Shown here: positions 48,350-61,500 of the stretch, one piece after another
Layout: every line of letters starts with the position of its first letter
How positions within the stretch are numbered: the stretch's first letter is position 1
Assembly (NCBI GenBank): GCA_001179505.1
Contig: CDMY01000478.1
Location: 1 to 64,000 of the forward strand
Direction: 5' to 3'
From: Vitrella brassicaformis CCMP3155
Lineage: Eukaryota > Protista > Chromerida
DNA: 64,000 nt
The notes under the pieces: generated by a model
The model's database searches: none
What the model was told of the DNA's origin: nothing
The model's input: only the letters and a program-made list of their open reading frames with translations
Made by a program: the position numbers and the translations under genes

Positions 48350-50366
48350 TGCTGCAAGCGATGAGGATCAGCGACGCCCAGAGAGGGAGAGGAAACTCAG
48401 GCAAACCATCGCAGACACGGTAGAGCAAATGACTCAGACAGGCTGAATGAAGCACTGACTCACTCGCTGTCGCTCTTCTGTGTGTCTTTGCCTTTGTGCA
48501 GCCTGGTCTTGTCAACTGCATCACGGCCTTTCTGCCCCTGTATCTGCTCGGCCTGCTGTCGACCACGGCCTGGGACCCCACAGCGCCCACACACAGCCAC
48601 CTCACCATCGACAGCACCAACAGCAACGAGCGGTCGGTGTGGCAGCGGGTCCCTCTCGCTCTCGGCACCCAATGGGCCAACAAACTCACTCGGCTGACGA
48701 CAATTACGTTGCGCTATCCCGTCGGCGCGGCTCTGTGGTGCATCGACGTCTTTATCACCGTGATCGAGGGCCATGTTGCCGGCCGGCGGGCTGCCAATAT
48801 GAATGGCGGCACCCTGCGCACCATCACATTGGAAGGCGTGAGATTGGCTGAGAGGGAGATGAGTACCGTCGGCCGACCACAGCAGCTACCCCCTGACCAG
48901 ATCCCGCCTCTCGTCCCGCCTCCATCCCTTGATGCACTCACGACCATCACTGGCCTCCTCGACGATCATCACGACCTGGCTGACAGAGGCTGGCGGATGC
49001 CGTCACTCGAGACAGTGGAGCATCACCGGTGGGGGGCCGATAAGCTGGGCCGCCTCATCTGCTCGTCAGAGTCGCTGCAGCTCATTTGTGGGGATCTGCC
49101 GGCGGCCGAGGAGTGGGCCAGTGTGTTCGAGCGCATGCCCGAGGCAGCTGCTGGGCAGCGGGGGCCCCTTGCAGGTCTGCGGAGTATCGGCACTATCGAT
49201 CTGGGCTTCGATGCTGACCGGGCGCGGGCAGCGGTGGACAGACTGCAGGTAACTTACCACCAATGGATGCACGTGTCAGCGAGGTGTTAACGGTGATCTC
49301 ACCATGGGTGTGTGCTGTAGGTGGCGCTCACGTCACGTGGCTGCCGCCGGTCGCTCACTCAGCTGGTGGTGTCGATGAGCGATTGGATCATCGACAGTCG
49401 TGTCCTTCCCCTGTTGCAGTCCCTCGACTCGCTACACAACACGTGCTGCCGACCCGAAGCCGAAGTCGCCGTCGAGTACCTTGATGCTTACTTTTTCGAC
49501 CTGTCGTTCTTCTACAGCGACGATTTTCCCACCAACCCCTCCCCCCTCTTCAAGACGGCCATCCAGGCGGCCGCACGGAAGGTAGACGAGGTGAGGTATG
49601 TCATCAGCCAGCATGACCTCACCCACCCCGTCGACAGCCCCAGCCAGGCGGCCATCGACCTCGCCAAGACACTCACATTCGACAAGGTGGAGGACGTGTG
49701 GGTCAACGACGCCGATGGCTTCATCCCCCCTCCCAACGCCCCCTCACCGCAGCCCACCATCATCACACACCTGCAGCAGTTCCCAAGGGCCACATGCTTG
49801 GAGGTCAACAGCGGTGTGGGCAGTGCTGCGGGTCGGCTGATGGCAGAGAAGATGCCCAGGGTGGTCGAGTGGTTGGAGTTCAACTCAGCTGTGAGTGGAG
49901 AGGACAGAAGGGCCGTGTTGGAGGCGGTGGGGGCGAGGAGGGAGGTCGACACTGTCGAGGTCGATGAGGTCAGTCTCGCTGAGGGCGCATTGGACGGCTG
50001 GCAATCGGACTGCTGCCCATCGATTCACAACCTAGTCATGCATCTGTCAGCTACCCAATGGATTCCAATAAACACTTCTGGCTGGCTCATTTTATGTGTG
50101 CATTGCTGCCGTCTGTGTGCTGTCATTCAGTGCCCGATGGTTTGGAGGCCTCTGCGGCTGCCGAGCTCATCCGCGACGGCGTCTCATCAATCGTGGGTGG
50201 CGTCCGAGGCCTAAGGCGTTTGACGCTGACATTGCGGTGCGGTAAAGCCGTTCGCGGCGCCATTGCGCTGCTGCTTCCAGACGGCACAGAGGTCGGTGAC
50301 AACTTCACCACCACCACAAGTCACCGCACCGTCTTCATTCGCCTGGACGTAACTCGTCGCTCTTAG
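48350..50366 (+). CDS. Second member of the expanded lineage-specific LRR-like family
   Basis: ERKLRQTIADT | PGLVNCITAFLPLYLL...WCIDVFITVIEGHVAGRR...LADRGWRMPSLE...AVDRLQ | VALTSRGCRRSL...GTEVGDNFTTT...TRRS*. Homologous to 9796..11934, with an intron at 49249-49320. Confidence 0.75.
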
Positions 50367-51758
50367 AGGGTGAGAACAGGCAGAGCAATGAATCATTGCC
50401 TTCACATAACGTGTGTGTGTTGATGTGTTTTCCAGGCTGTGTGTCGAGAGCATACGACATGACACAACAGCATCCTACCGTAGCACTCACACCCCGTAGA
50501 AAGAGAGGGAGGGAGGGAGGGTGTAACGGATGGATGGACGGAGACCTGGTATGCCATTGTATACCTGGCGGCTGTCTTTGCCCATGACTGCGGTGGACAA
50601 GTGTGCGCCTCAGTCATTCCGCCGCCCCTCTGGTCGGCAACTGCTTGAGCAGTTGTGTCACACGTATGCTATCATCGGGGTTGTGATTGTGTGTTGGTGG
50701 TGCTGAAGGGCTGCCTATCGCTGCCATGCTGGTGCGTGTGTGTGTGTGTGTGTGTGGGCGTGTGGGCGTGTGTGGGCGTGTGGGTGGCTCGTCGGGCTGT
50801 CTGCCCGAGCGCACACATGAAGACACCACGTTACGCAGCTTTACTGCTGACTGCCTGGCGGGCGGGGTGTCTGAATGGTTGCTGCTGTGTGCCGGCTGAC
50901 GCGGCCCATCCCACCACACACACACACACACACACACACGGGGCACAATACAAACATCAACCCTCACATCAAGAGGCAGGTAGGTTGCGCTTGGTGTGCC
51001 CCCACCCCCACTCAAGCTGCTGCCATGTCCCTTAGTGCGTGTCTGTGTCTGAGCGTCCGCACGTGGCTCGTGGGTGGACTGATGGACCCGTTTATCGACT
51101 GGCTGACTTCCATCTGTGTCTGCGTGTGTGTGCGTCGGTCTCTGTGTTAGTGTGAAGCTGTGTGAAGTTCCATCGCGAAGCCATTCATCGCGTCATCCAG
51201 CCATCCATTATCTCACGGCTATGCAGTCTCTGTTGACACACGCAGTCGAGAAGCGTCCACCCACACACCTCACACTGACACACACACAGCACGACCCTTT
51301 GTTTGGTGAGTTCATGGCTGATCGATGGCCCAGAGGTGCAGCTGTGCACCTGCACACCGTCGCCAAGAACGATCTCCACCCAGCAAACAGAGTCAACACA
51401 GCGGGCCAGCATGCATCTGTCTGTCTGTCTGTGCTACGTGGCTTGGCTTGTCGGCTGTGTGCCCTGTGTGCCCTCTGCGTACCATTCCTCAACACCCCAC
51501 CCTCGACCCACAGAGAGAGACAGAGAGAGGGAGAGAGAGTGAGGTGGGCGGCCGGGAAGGAGAGAGCACGTCTCTAAGAGACAGACATACGAGGTCTCCA
51601 TCCATCCATCCGCCAAGTAGCCATGCGACACATACGTACAAACACGATAGGTACGGTGTTGTTGTCTCATGGCTGCATAGACACACAGCCTGGAACACAA
51701 CAACACACACAGTATGAGGGCGATGGACGCATGGGGCTGCCTCTTCCCGCCTCACCCT

Positions 51759-52395
51759 CTAAGAGCGACGCGTTGCAGTCAGGATCATGCCGTCTGACAT
51801 GTCATCCGTGTCGATGCTGAAGTTGTCGCCGACCTCTGTGCCGAGGTCGGGGAGCAGCTGCTGGATGGCGCCACGAATCACCAGCAGCTGCTCCCCGACC
51901 TGTAGGTAAGGGAGAAACAAACAGCCCATTGGATGCGGCCCGACACATACATACATACACACACACACATACATACCGCCTTCCTCGATGAAGACTTCCA
52001 GGTGATGGATCTCCGGCAGCAAATCCCATTCGTCTCCCCACTGCAGTCCGGCCTCGCCCTCTCCCAGCTCATCGACATACAAGTGCACACGCGCCAGCTT
52101 TCTCCCTGAACCGACCGCCTTCAGCAGCCCCAACACCTCGCCAGCAGGCGCCGAGTAGTAGACCCCCACCTCGTTCACCTGCGGCATCAACTTGGCCAAA
52201 TAGCACGCAGCCCTCAACGCGGAGCCGCCGCCCTGCATCCCGAGAGATGGGATCCGCCTCGGGCGAGAGGTGGCGGAGCAGAGCGGGGTCGGGTGTTGGT
52301 ATAGTGGGAGGGACACCGACCTCAATTGCTGATAGTGCCTTGCAGCCGTGGGCAGCCAACACACGCCCTGATCGACACACGAAGGGGGAGGTCAA
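51759..52395 (-). pseudogene. C-terminal fragment of a third LRR-like family member, convergent with 48350-50366
   Basis: LAAHGCKALSAI / AACYLAKLMPQVNEV...LPEIHHLEV / IRGAIQQLLPDLGTEVGDNFSI...TATRRS* matches the paralog's RGAIALLLPDGTEVGDNF...TRRS*. It changes frame and has no N-terminal part. Confidence 0.65.
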
Positions 52396-53028
52396 GTAAA
52401 TCCCACTACTGCGTGCGTGTGCGTACCCTCCGGTTTTGTTGTTCCTGATCCACGCACAGAAGGAGAGTGGATCAATCCCCGCTGAAGCCTACCGGTGCTC
52501 TACGGACGGCGGTGGCTTGTTGCCTCTCTTGACGGTTGCCCCACTCACTGGTGTGACGCTGACGACACACAGACGTACCAATTGCGCCACGCCATGCTGT
52601 GTATGTCAGCATCTGTTCGTGTGTCATACTCTGTGGCGCAATGTATGCATGATGTCGATGTGTGGCGCCTGTTGTGGCCCTGTTGTGGCCCTTGGCCGCC
52701 GTCAGCGAGAGCTCCCAATGAATGAAAGACCTGTGCATGGGACGGCGGCGATGAATGGCACGCAGCAGAGAGACGACAGGTCAAGGCCACTCCAGGCGTT
52801 TGTGTACCTCTTCTACGAGCAGCTGTCGAGGCCCACCTCCCTCCTGTGCCATCGTGATCTGCAGCTCCGAAGAAGGCAACATCAATAGTTGGGAGATCCG
52901 TGTCGCCGTGCCTTCTGTGTGACGTACCTGAGCCTCCGCGCCCTGATAAATCTGCTCGATGCCATGACAACTCACTCGTTAGGGTCAAGCGTGCAGGGTT
53001 TTACACCCTACCACCCCACCATCGTCCG

Positions 53029-53335
53029 ATGTCGAAGCGCAGTGGCTCTTCTGCCGCCGCAGCCGCAACGGAGAGGCTGACCAAGTATGTCAAGCAAGAG
53101 GAGAGGTCGACCGCTACCCCCGTCAGGATTCCCAGGGACAGCATTGTCATGGAGCTGAAAAGAGAAATCGCTGGCACTCTGGTCCGTGCTCAAGACTTGG
53201 AGCTGGTCGACGGCGATGGGAAGGTTATGGAGGTGAACCTCGACGCCTCGGTGACGGACGCACTAGCCGGACGCGGCGACTCTCAAGACATGCCCATCGT
53301 CTACAGATTTCCGAAAGAGGTATGCACACGTACAA

Positions 53336-53374
<39 letters not shown>

Positions 53375-54264
53375 CGGTGTTGCGTTGACATGTGCAGCGC
53401 CCTATGTACGAACTGAGTAAAATGCCGTCCGAACTCTATCGCAAGCCGTCCGATCTCGGCCTCAGCATCACACCGTGGAGAGAAGACCTGCCGACAGAGC
53501 CGTTCAACGAGCATTCATTCACCAAACCTGCGGGCGATGCAGACCATAACGCCGTGTTGAAGCTCGTTACCGACAAGATTCTTCCGGCAGTCCTCAGTCA
53601 CGTCCCACCAGGCAAATGGGCGTGGGCGGATGTCCAAGATCAGCGAGACGAGCTGAAAGGCGACGAGGACATGTCTTGTGACCTATCGGGCTCGCCTGGC
53701 GATATCATCATTCTGCCGGACCGCTATGTGAAGATTGGGGAGAGTGGGAAACACGAGCTCAAACTTAGCCTGCCGACCGCTCTGCAGATCACTGAGGTGG
53801 TGATTGAAGCCAAGAGCAAGACAGCGAAGATGGAGAAGAGCGGCAACTTCTCAGCTCAACTATGTGGACAGCTACTTATGACTAGGCAACATCAGAGGAC
53901 TGATCAGCCCATTCTCGGGCTGCTGATGGATGGAGAGGGATGTTGGCTGAGGGCGCTGAGCAAGGAGCGACATATTCAAGAGATATTCGTTTCGGTCCAC
54001 GAGGCAGCCAACCAGCTGACGCAGTACCTCCGAGGACGCGAGCCTCATATGAGGGCGTCGGCAGAGCCAACGGACGAAGACGAGGATGACGACTACGAAT
54101 TTGAGGGGAGAGAGGAGCACAGGGCCATTGTACGCCAGTCGCAGCTAAGGGCGTGCATCTCACAGTATGTGGAGGGCGTGAGAGAGGGACGAATCGCAAT
54201 CCCCCACGGGTGGACATGGGAAGCGAAAGAGATGAAGGAAGTCAGTGGACCAGAAGTGGTGTAA
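53029..54264 (+). CDS. Crinkler-like protein: ubiquitin-fold header plus PD-(D/E)xK restriction-endonuclease-like domain; 2 exons (53029-53319, 53398-54264), about 385 aa
   Basis: Exon 1 TPVRIPRDSIVMELKREIAGTLVRAQDLELVDGDG...DMPIVYRFP has a Ubl-like pattern. Exon 2 has SGSPGDIIIL (Asp at 53701), VVIEAK (53806-53814), AQLCGQLL and PILGLLMDGEGCWL, the REase-fold signature. GTATGC/TGCAG splice sites are in phase 0. Confidence 0.7.
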
Positions 54265-56341
54265 GTGTGATGGGTGGGTGACGGCTATGTTGGCATATGG
54301 CTGGCATGTTTGTCGCTATATGAGACACTGATAACGCTCACCCAAGCCATGAATCAATGGTGCGTGCTGCCTATGTCTTGGATGCGCCGTGAATCCGATT
54401 TTTCATTCGAAGTCTTGCCAGTGCTCGTCTCACAGCACGCGCACGTGCCAACACGGACAGACACACCTTCAAAACCACCACTCACCGCACCCTGCCCTGA
54501 GCAGTCACATGAGCAGTCACACGCAGCGTTAATCAGTCCACACGCAAACACATACACGCCACCACACGCATCGCATCAGCTTTGACAGCTCCCTCCGAAT
54601 TAAGCCAGAGCACGCTCGCATCACGCTCACATGAGTGAATGGCAAAAATCGGGTCTAACTCTCCAAAATCGAGCCTTGACCAGCAGTGAAAAAACGCACG
54701 AACTTGCCCTTCCCCCCCTCCCTCTGTCATCCACATTCACCGTCAAACACCGCCGGCAACCGATGCATGAGATGCCGTCGCGGATGCGTCGCTGCCTTCA
54801 TTGTATATCCCTCGTCGGTGTCAGTGTGTGAAATCAATGCACTGAGCAGCTTATTCAGTCAATCCATCATGATGCGAGAGAGTCCATGTGAAGACATATA
54901 TGAACAGCTTCTCTCAATCAGTCCTTGAAATGCAGGCCTTTACCAAGCTCCCTCACACCGACTTGACCAAAGTGTCTCGCAGAGAAAGGCGCGTTCGCCT
55001 GACTGCTCCACAAAGCCCCTTGTGTATGCACAAAGCCATACCGTCCGCCACTTCGCCCCTCCATGTGTCTGTCTATCCGACAGTCACCACATAATGAGTA
55101 GTTGGCTGCCGGCCCGACGATGAACTTGTGCATGTGCCGTCAGATGCATGTGCATCTGTCTGATCTGTCCGACCTCTCAGTCATCAGGCAGGTCGTCCCG
55201 CTGCCGCCTCAGTTCAGATGTCTATCAGCTCCATTGTCAGCTCACATCAGTAAACGTCGGTACCTATACACACACACAGACGGATGGCTGGCTGGCTGGC
55301 GGGCATAGCCTTTCGCCTCTTCCTCATGGCATACTGACCACAGACAAAGACAGGTGCGCATTGCATCTCATTAGCCTCCTAGCTGCACACTCACTCTTCT
55401 CTTGAACTCAGCCAGACTGCGAGCGGAACACCCACTCACACCCACACCCACACACACGCACACAACACAGAGAGGTGACGGTCGAGCGCATGGCGATGGG
55501 ATCAAGTCGTGTGTGTGTGGTTGGTGGCTCACAATCTGTCCAGATATCCGTCATGTCCTCGGCCCCCTCAATCATCAGGATGCGCTGCGGATCGTCCAGG
55601 AAGTCCTTAAGCTCTGCCACACAATACAATACACCCATACGCAGATGTGACATGCAGGATCTGCATGCTGTGCATACGCGGCTCACTCTTGAGGCCCTTC
55701 CTCCGATGCCGCTCAGCTTGTCCAGCCAGTCCATTGCTGCGCACTGAATAGCCTCTCATACGGACCGCACGGCCAAGAAATGAAGCGACCCAAGAATAAT
55801 ACCCATCGGATCTTCTGCGACGGATGACGGATCGCTCATCCGCCGTCCTTGCCTTTGTTTGTCCACTTCTTCTTCTAAGCTCGCACTCCAGGGAGCTCGC
55901 AGGTCCCTCCGGGTACTCTTTTCCATTGTTGGAGCAGTTGCATTCGCAGGAATAGACGAGAAGCGAGAATCCAGTCACGCGAGGAAGCAAGGGACCCGGC
56001 ACCATCGTGTCCTGCCCGAGGACCGCGCAGATCCTACCAGAGAGTAAGTGGGATGAGACCATACACACACACTCACAGAGGAGGTCAGGCAGCCAGACCG
56101 ATGAGAAGGGACCCAGGTCCGAGGGTGGGCGAGTGCACACAGACCAGGCAGACGGGCCAGGGAGGTGTCGGCATGTGCGCATCACTGCCATGCACATCGC
56201 AAGGCAACACCCACCAGAGACTGAGGGGGACAGACAGGCACAGCACGCAGCACAAACTGTCATGAGTGGTGTCCATGGCTGGGTGGAGGCAACCTGTCCG
56301 CCCTTCTCATGTCTGTGTGTCGGCTTGTGTCTTGTGTGTCA

Positions 56342-58496
56342 GGATGCGTCGCGTCGAGGGCTTTCAGCAAGACTCATCGCAAGACAAGAACCATCAGCAA
56401 ACATTCCTTGGTCAGTCAGTGACACACGCGACTGCTGTTCGTGCGTCAGCCAACTGACGTGGTGTGTGGCTGTCTTCGCCCTGCGTGTGTGTGTGCCTTG
56501 TGCGTGTGTCAGGTGGTCGTGATGGCCATCACCGGCCTGCACCGTTCTCAGGGGGAGGGCGCACACCTGCACCGCTGAGACCGCACATACACAATTACAC
56601 CGGTACGCAACCACACTCAAGAGTGCTCAGTCAGTCAGGCAGGGGAGGGGATACATCCATCGTCTGTGTGGATGGATGGTGGTGTGATGTGTGCAGCTTC
56701 CCAGGGTTCCGATTCCTACGGCGGGCAGCCACTCTGGGGCAGCGAGAGGGACAGGTACGGGCACACACATACACATACACATATACAGACGCACCATCAT
56801 CCTATATATGTGACAGGGGCCCGTCATCCTCCCATCTGTCTGGCGATCGTGCGTTCCACCCGCCGCCACCACACCGTCCCCTCACCACACCCCGCCACCC
56901 ATCACATCACCAGGGCATGCCGTTCAACAGAGAAGGGGAGCACACCAGTGGAGAGGGCGGCCGGCCGTCACAGCAGCAGGAGCAGGCCACAGGTGGCCTC
57001 AGGAAGTGGACAGGCATGATGGAGGATGACGACGCAGGTGAGTGGGGTGGGATGGGGCGTCCCCACTCACTCATGCTCATTCTCATGCACCTCACCTACA
57101 TGACATCCATATTATGGTTGGCGGTCTGTCCTTCTGTGCATGCAGGTCACGAGCAGAGGGCCGTGCGTCCATTCCTGCCTCCCCGCCTCCCCTTCTCGAT
57201 ACCGAGAGGTGGCTTTCCCCCACCGAGAGGCCGGGGCTTTGGGCCGCCCGGCATGGGACAGGGACGGCCGAACGGGCCGGAAGGTCGTGTGCTGCCCATG
57301 AAGCAGCAAGGGATGCACCATTCTCCGCACTACCCGGGGTGGCAGGGCGACAGTGGTCATAGCCCCATCAATCTACCAGGCGGCGGCCGGTCAGGACATG
57401 GCTCCCAGTCATCCCACGAGGCGGGCTATCGCCCGCCCGTCTCCGGCAACCATCCTACCAAGGGCTTCCCGCAGAGCCAGCCCTTCCAGCAGCAGCAGCA
57501 CATGCAGGGGCTGCAGCACGGTGGCTCGCAGATGAGGATGGGCCAGCAGCAGCACCAGCAGCCGCCCCCCGGGTCGCCCTACCCCCGCCGGCCCGAGCAG
57601 CATCGCAGCCCGGGAGATGGGGCCGTCCGTCAGTCTCAGCCGCCACCCCTATCGCAGGTCCCACCGCCGTTCGGGCAGCCGCCCCTTCCACCGCCCCAGG
57701 AGCGGTACACACACGCTCATGGGTCCCAGGAGTTGCCCGAGTCGCCCGAGTCGTCCTGTGAGGGGCCGCCCACTCCGCAGCCGCGCAGTCCGCCTGACTT
57801 CGAAGGACCGATGTTTGATTTCGACGAGCCGGCAGAGGCCCAGCAGCAGCAGGTGCCTGGTTTCGCTCCGTCGCCCCCCGACCAGCAGCCCCAACAGCAG
57901 CAGCAGGGCGGAGGTCATGCTCAGGTTGGGGGAGGGGCGAGTGCGAGCGCAAGCGGTCTGAATGCCGACGCTGCTCCGTTAGCTGGGGTGTGCGAGGGGG
58001 TGGGCGGCGGTGGCGTTGTTCTCCAGCAGATGGGCGAATTGATCAATGGATCGATGCAGGGTGAGCAATGGATGAACCAGACAGACAGAGAGACAGATCG
58101 ACAAACGGGAGGGAGGAAGGGAGGGAGGGAGGGAAGCGCACCACACACCCACACCGTGTGTGTGTTGTGCTGTGTATGTATGTGTTGCGTTGTGCCTATC
58201 TATCAGGTATGCAGTACGCGCATAGTCAGAATGGTGACGGCTCCCAGGCGACCATGTCGTCCCCCACACCCCATGCCTCCAACGACTACCCCCTCCAGGA
58301 CCCATCTGCTGCAGGCGGCATGGCATTGCCCAACCAGATGCAGCCCCCCGACGGCAGCATGTCCATCGACTCATCGCAGGCGAGCCCCGTGGCCGCTCCT
58401 GCCATCCAGCAGGCCGGTGCGTTCGGTCACGCCGGCTTCCCCACATGGCCTCACCACGTTGCGATGCAAGGCATCGCCAGCCAGGGCATGGCAGTC

Positions 58497-58528
<32 letters not shown>

Positions 58529-61500
58529 GCCGCAGGGAGGCGACATGGCCATGCAGCAGCAGCAACAACCCCAGCCACAGCCCCACCAACAGCAGGAGCA
58601 GGCGGACGTGTGGCAGCAGCAGCAACAACTTCCCCAGCCGCAAGGCCAGGCTCAGATCCAAGGGCAGCAGCTCGCTGGTCGTGGCGTCAAGCAGAACTTT
58701 GGCTCCGACGCCACACTCATCACCCAGTGGTCCCACAGTGGGGACTCTGGAGGAGTCAACACGAAGAAACGCATCGCAAACGCGCCTCTGCTGCATGGCC
58801 CGTCACCGGCCCAGAATCAGTCGGCGTCGGATCTGCAGCTAGAGGCCCACTCCACCGCCGATGGCCCCCCTGCTGGCCACCCCATGGCGGCCTTCCACCC
58901 GTCTGTGCAGCAACAGCAGCAGCGTCCGCAACAGGAGATTGCTGTGGGGCCTGCTGTCGATGGCTTTGTGCTGGGCGGTGGGGTTCACGCCAGACCACAT
59001 GCAGGCAGCCCTGAGGTTCCACCGGCCCAGGTCAGAGCCCAGCAGCAGCAGCAGCAGCAGCGGCAGAAGGCGCCGACGGACGAGGCGAGAGGTTGCGGTC
59101 CCTTTCCCCCTCCAGTCATCCTGCCGACGCCCGGGGAGCAGCCGCCTTACCCCGCACGGCCTGACCCGCTTCCTGCTGATGCGGGTCAGGCCGCGGCGGT
59201 CCCATCTCTGTCGGCTTCCGACAGCCGTCAGTCATCGCCACCGGGGGGGCAGCACCAGCAGGTGGGTCGGGAGAGGGTCGAGAGGGAGCGGGACGACCGT
59301 GGGGCCCCAGGGTCTCCGAGACACGCGGCTCTTCCATCGACCTCTGCTCTGGGCTCTGCTCTGGGCGGCGCCTCTGCGCCACCCGATGACATCGACCTCC
59401 CGCTCAAGTATGCCATGGCAGGGCCGAAGGATTTGCAGGAGTACCACACCATGCTGGTCAAACGAATCGACGAGCACGAGGGGATTGGCCGAGATGCGAA
59501 AGCTAAGGCCAAGCGCAATCTGCAGACACTCATCGACCGCGTCAAGACAGAGACCTCCACAGAGCACTTCTGCCAGATCTTCGGCAGTGGCAGCTGCGTG
59601 TACGTAGCATCCCTGTCCAGCCTGTTTGGCGCGCGCGTCTATCTCATGAGCCTGACACCCGACAGCGAGCCCGTCTCGATCTTCAACAGGCTCAGCACCG
59701 AGGTGCGGGACTGTCTCAAGGAGGCTGACGAGGTCGGCTGTGCGGCCCTCCGCACGATGCTCGACGCGAAGGATGATCGCCAGGCAGAGGAGGAGGCCCA
59801 GGCGGCTGCCCACATCACATACATGACAGGTCCCGACTTCCAGGACCGTTCAGGTATGGGTGGGGGGATGGAGGGATGGATGGATGGATGGGAGAGGGCG
59901 CATTCCTGTCAATTTGTCTTGATGTGCCACCTTGTGTTTCAGTTCGGGGCCTCCGCAAGCTCATAGCGATCGGCCTGCACCTCTTCAAGGACGAGCCCAT
60001 CGAGGCCCGCCTGACCCTACTCGACATGGTCAAGATGAACCTCGAGAGCAGCATCGAGGCCAACTACATGGCTGACATTCGCGTCCTGACGGACAGAAAG
60101 GGGATTATCCAGATGTTCAAAAAGAAACTCGCGGAAAAATACGGTGCGGGAACAGCAGAGGGGGAGGCAAGGAGGGATGTGTGTTTGTGTATGGGCTTCC
60201 TCAGAGTCTGAGATGGAGCTGCAGAGCACAGATGAGATCTTCACGACGACCGGTAAGGAAGACAAAGACAACACCACATCTAGCGGGGCAGGGCAGGGGA
60301 AGACAAAGGAGGGACGGAGCATTGGGTTCGATCTCTCTCTCTCTCTGTTTGTCAGGTGAATCTGACAGGGCGACTTCGACAAGAGCGGCAGAAGCCAAAA
60401 AAAAGGCAACAGAAGACGGTAAGGCACCACCGCCAGATGAGTCGCACGAAAGAAAGAGGCAGGGAGGCAGGGAGAATCGAGTGTATTCGTTCGCTGTGTG
60501 ATGTGTGTGTGTGTGTGTGTTTCCTCCTCAGTCGAGGCGATCCGGGAAAAATTGTCGTCTGCGTTCCCGTCAGACCCGAGCAAAGAGGAGATCAAGAACG
60601 TCAACGAATCCATCAACCAATCCATCATCGACAACTTCCACAGGACAGTGGCAGAGCCGATGGGTACGTGGCCGACCGCTCCGCAGCTCTGCACTCGTGC
60701 ACGCGCGCGCGCGCGTGTGTGTGTGTGTATTTGGCAGCGAAGGCGGAGGTCGCCGCCCTGAGCGCTGACGAGGTCATCAGTAGATACGCAAGAGATGTCG
60801 TCGAGAAGAGACGTAAGCAGGGGATGGAATGAGGGAAGGAGGGAGGGAGGGAGGCGGGGAAGAGCAGAAAGTGTCCGTCTGTTGTGTTTGGCATGGCCCA
60901 CAGATGAGTACGCTGACGTTGCGGTGGTGTCGTTCGTCGTGTGCCGGCTCTTCGACATCCCTGTTCGCATCTGGAACTTCGTAAGTGACTCAACACAGGC
61001 AGACAACGCATTCATTTTCTTGATCCGTGTGTGTGTGTGTGTGTGTGTCAGGACTTGTCGGAATCGGGCACCACACACGGTGAGATCCTCTATCCGCCTG
61101 ACCCGCACCAGTTCAACGCAGCCAAGGCCGCCCTCAAAGGCTACGCCATAGAGATCGCCCGCAAACAGATCCCCAGCAAGCCAGGCAGCCCACTCGGCAC
61201 AGAGCACGCCGACCTGCTCCTCAAGTGAGTGATCCACACACGCGCTCACACACACACGGGGGGGCAGACAGTCTCTCGCTTGTGTGCGTGTCGCAGCCCG
61301 ACAGTGGGGCAGAGGTTGATCCAGTTCGTGACGGGCCAAGATGGCCATGAGATGGACGCGGACTGCATGTGTTCGAAGTGCTACTACCTGAAGAAGATGA
61401 AGATCCATGTAAGCAAGAGCCCGCAGACAAGGCACACAGACAGGCACACAGCGACCATGGATGGATGGATGGATGGTTCTGTCTGCTTTGTTTGCGTGTG

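Noticed and set aside
54900-55950. Minus-strand gene (ELKDFLDDPQRILMIEGAEDM...)
   Set aside because: Some exon-like pieces are present, but the splice phases do not join, neighbouring pieces contain stops and no homology was recognised.
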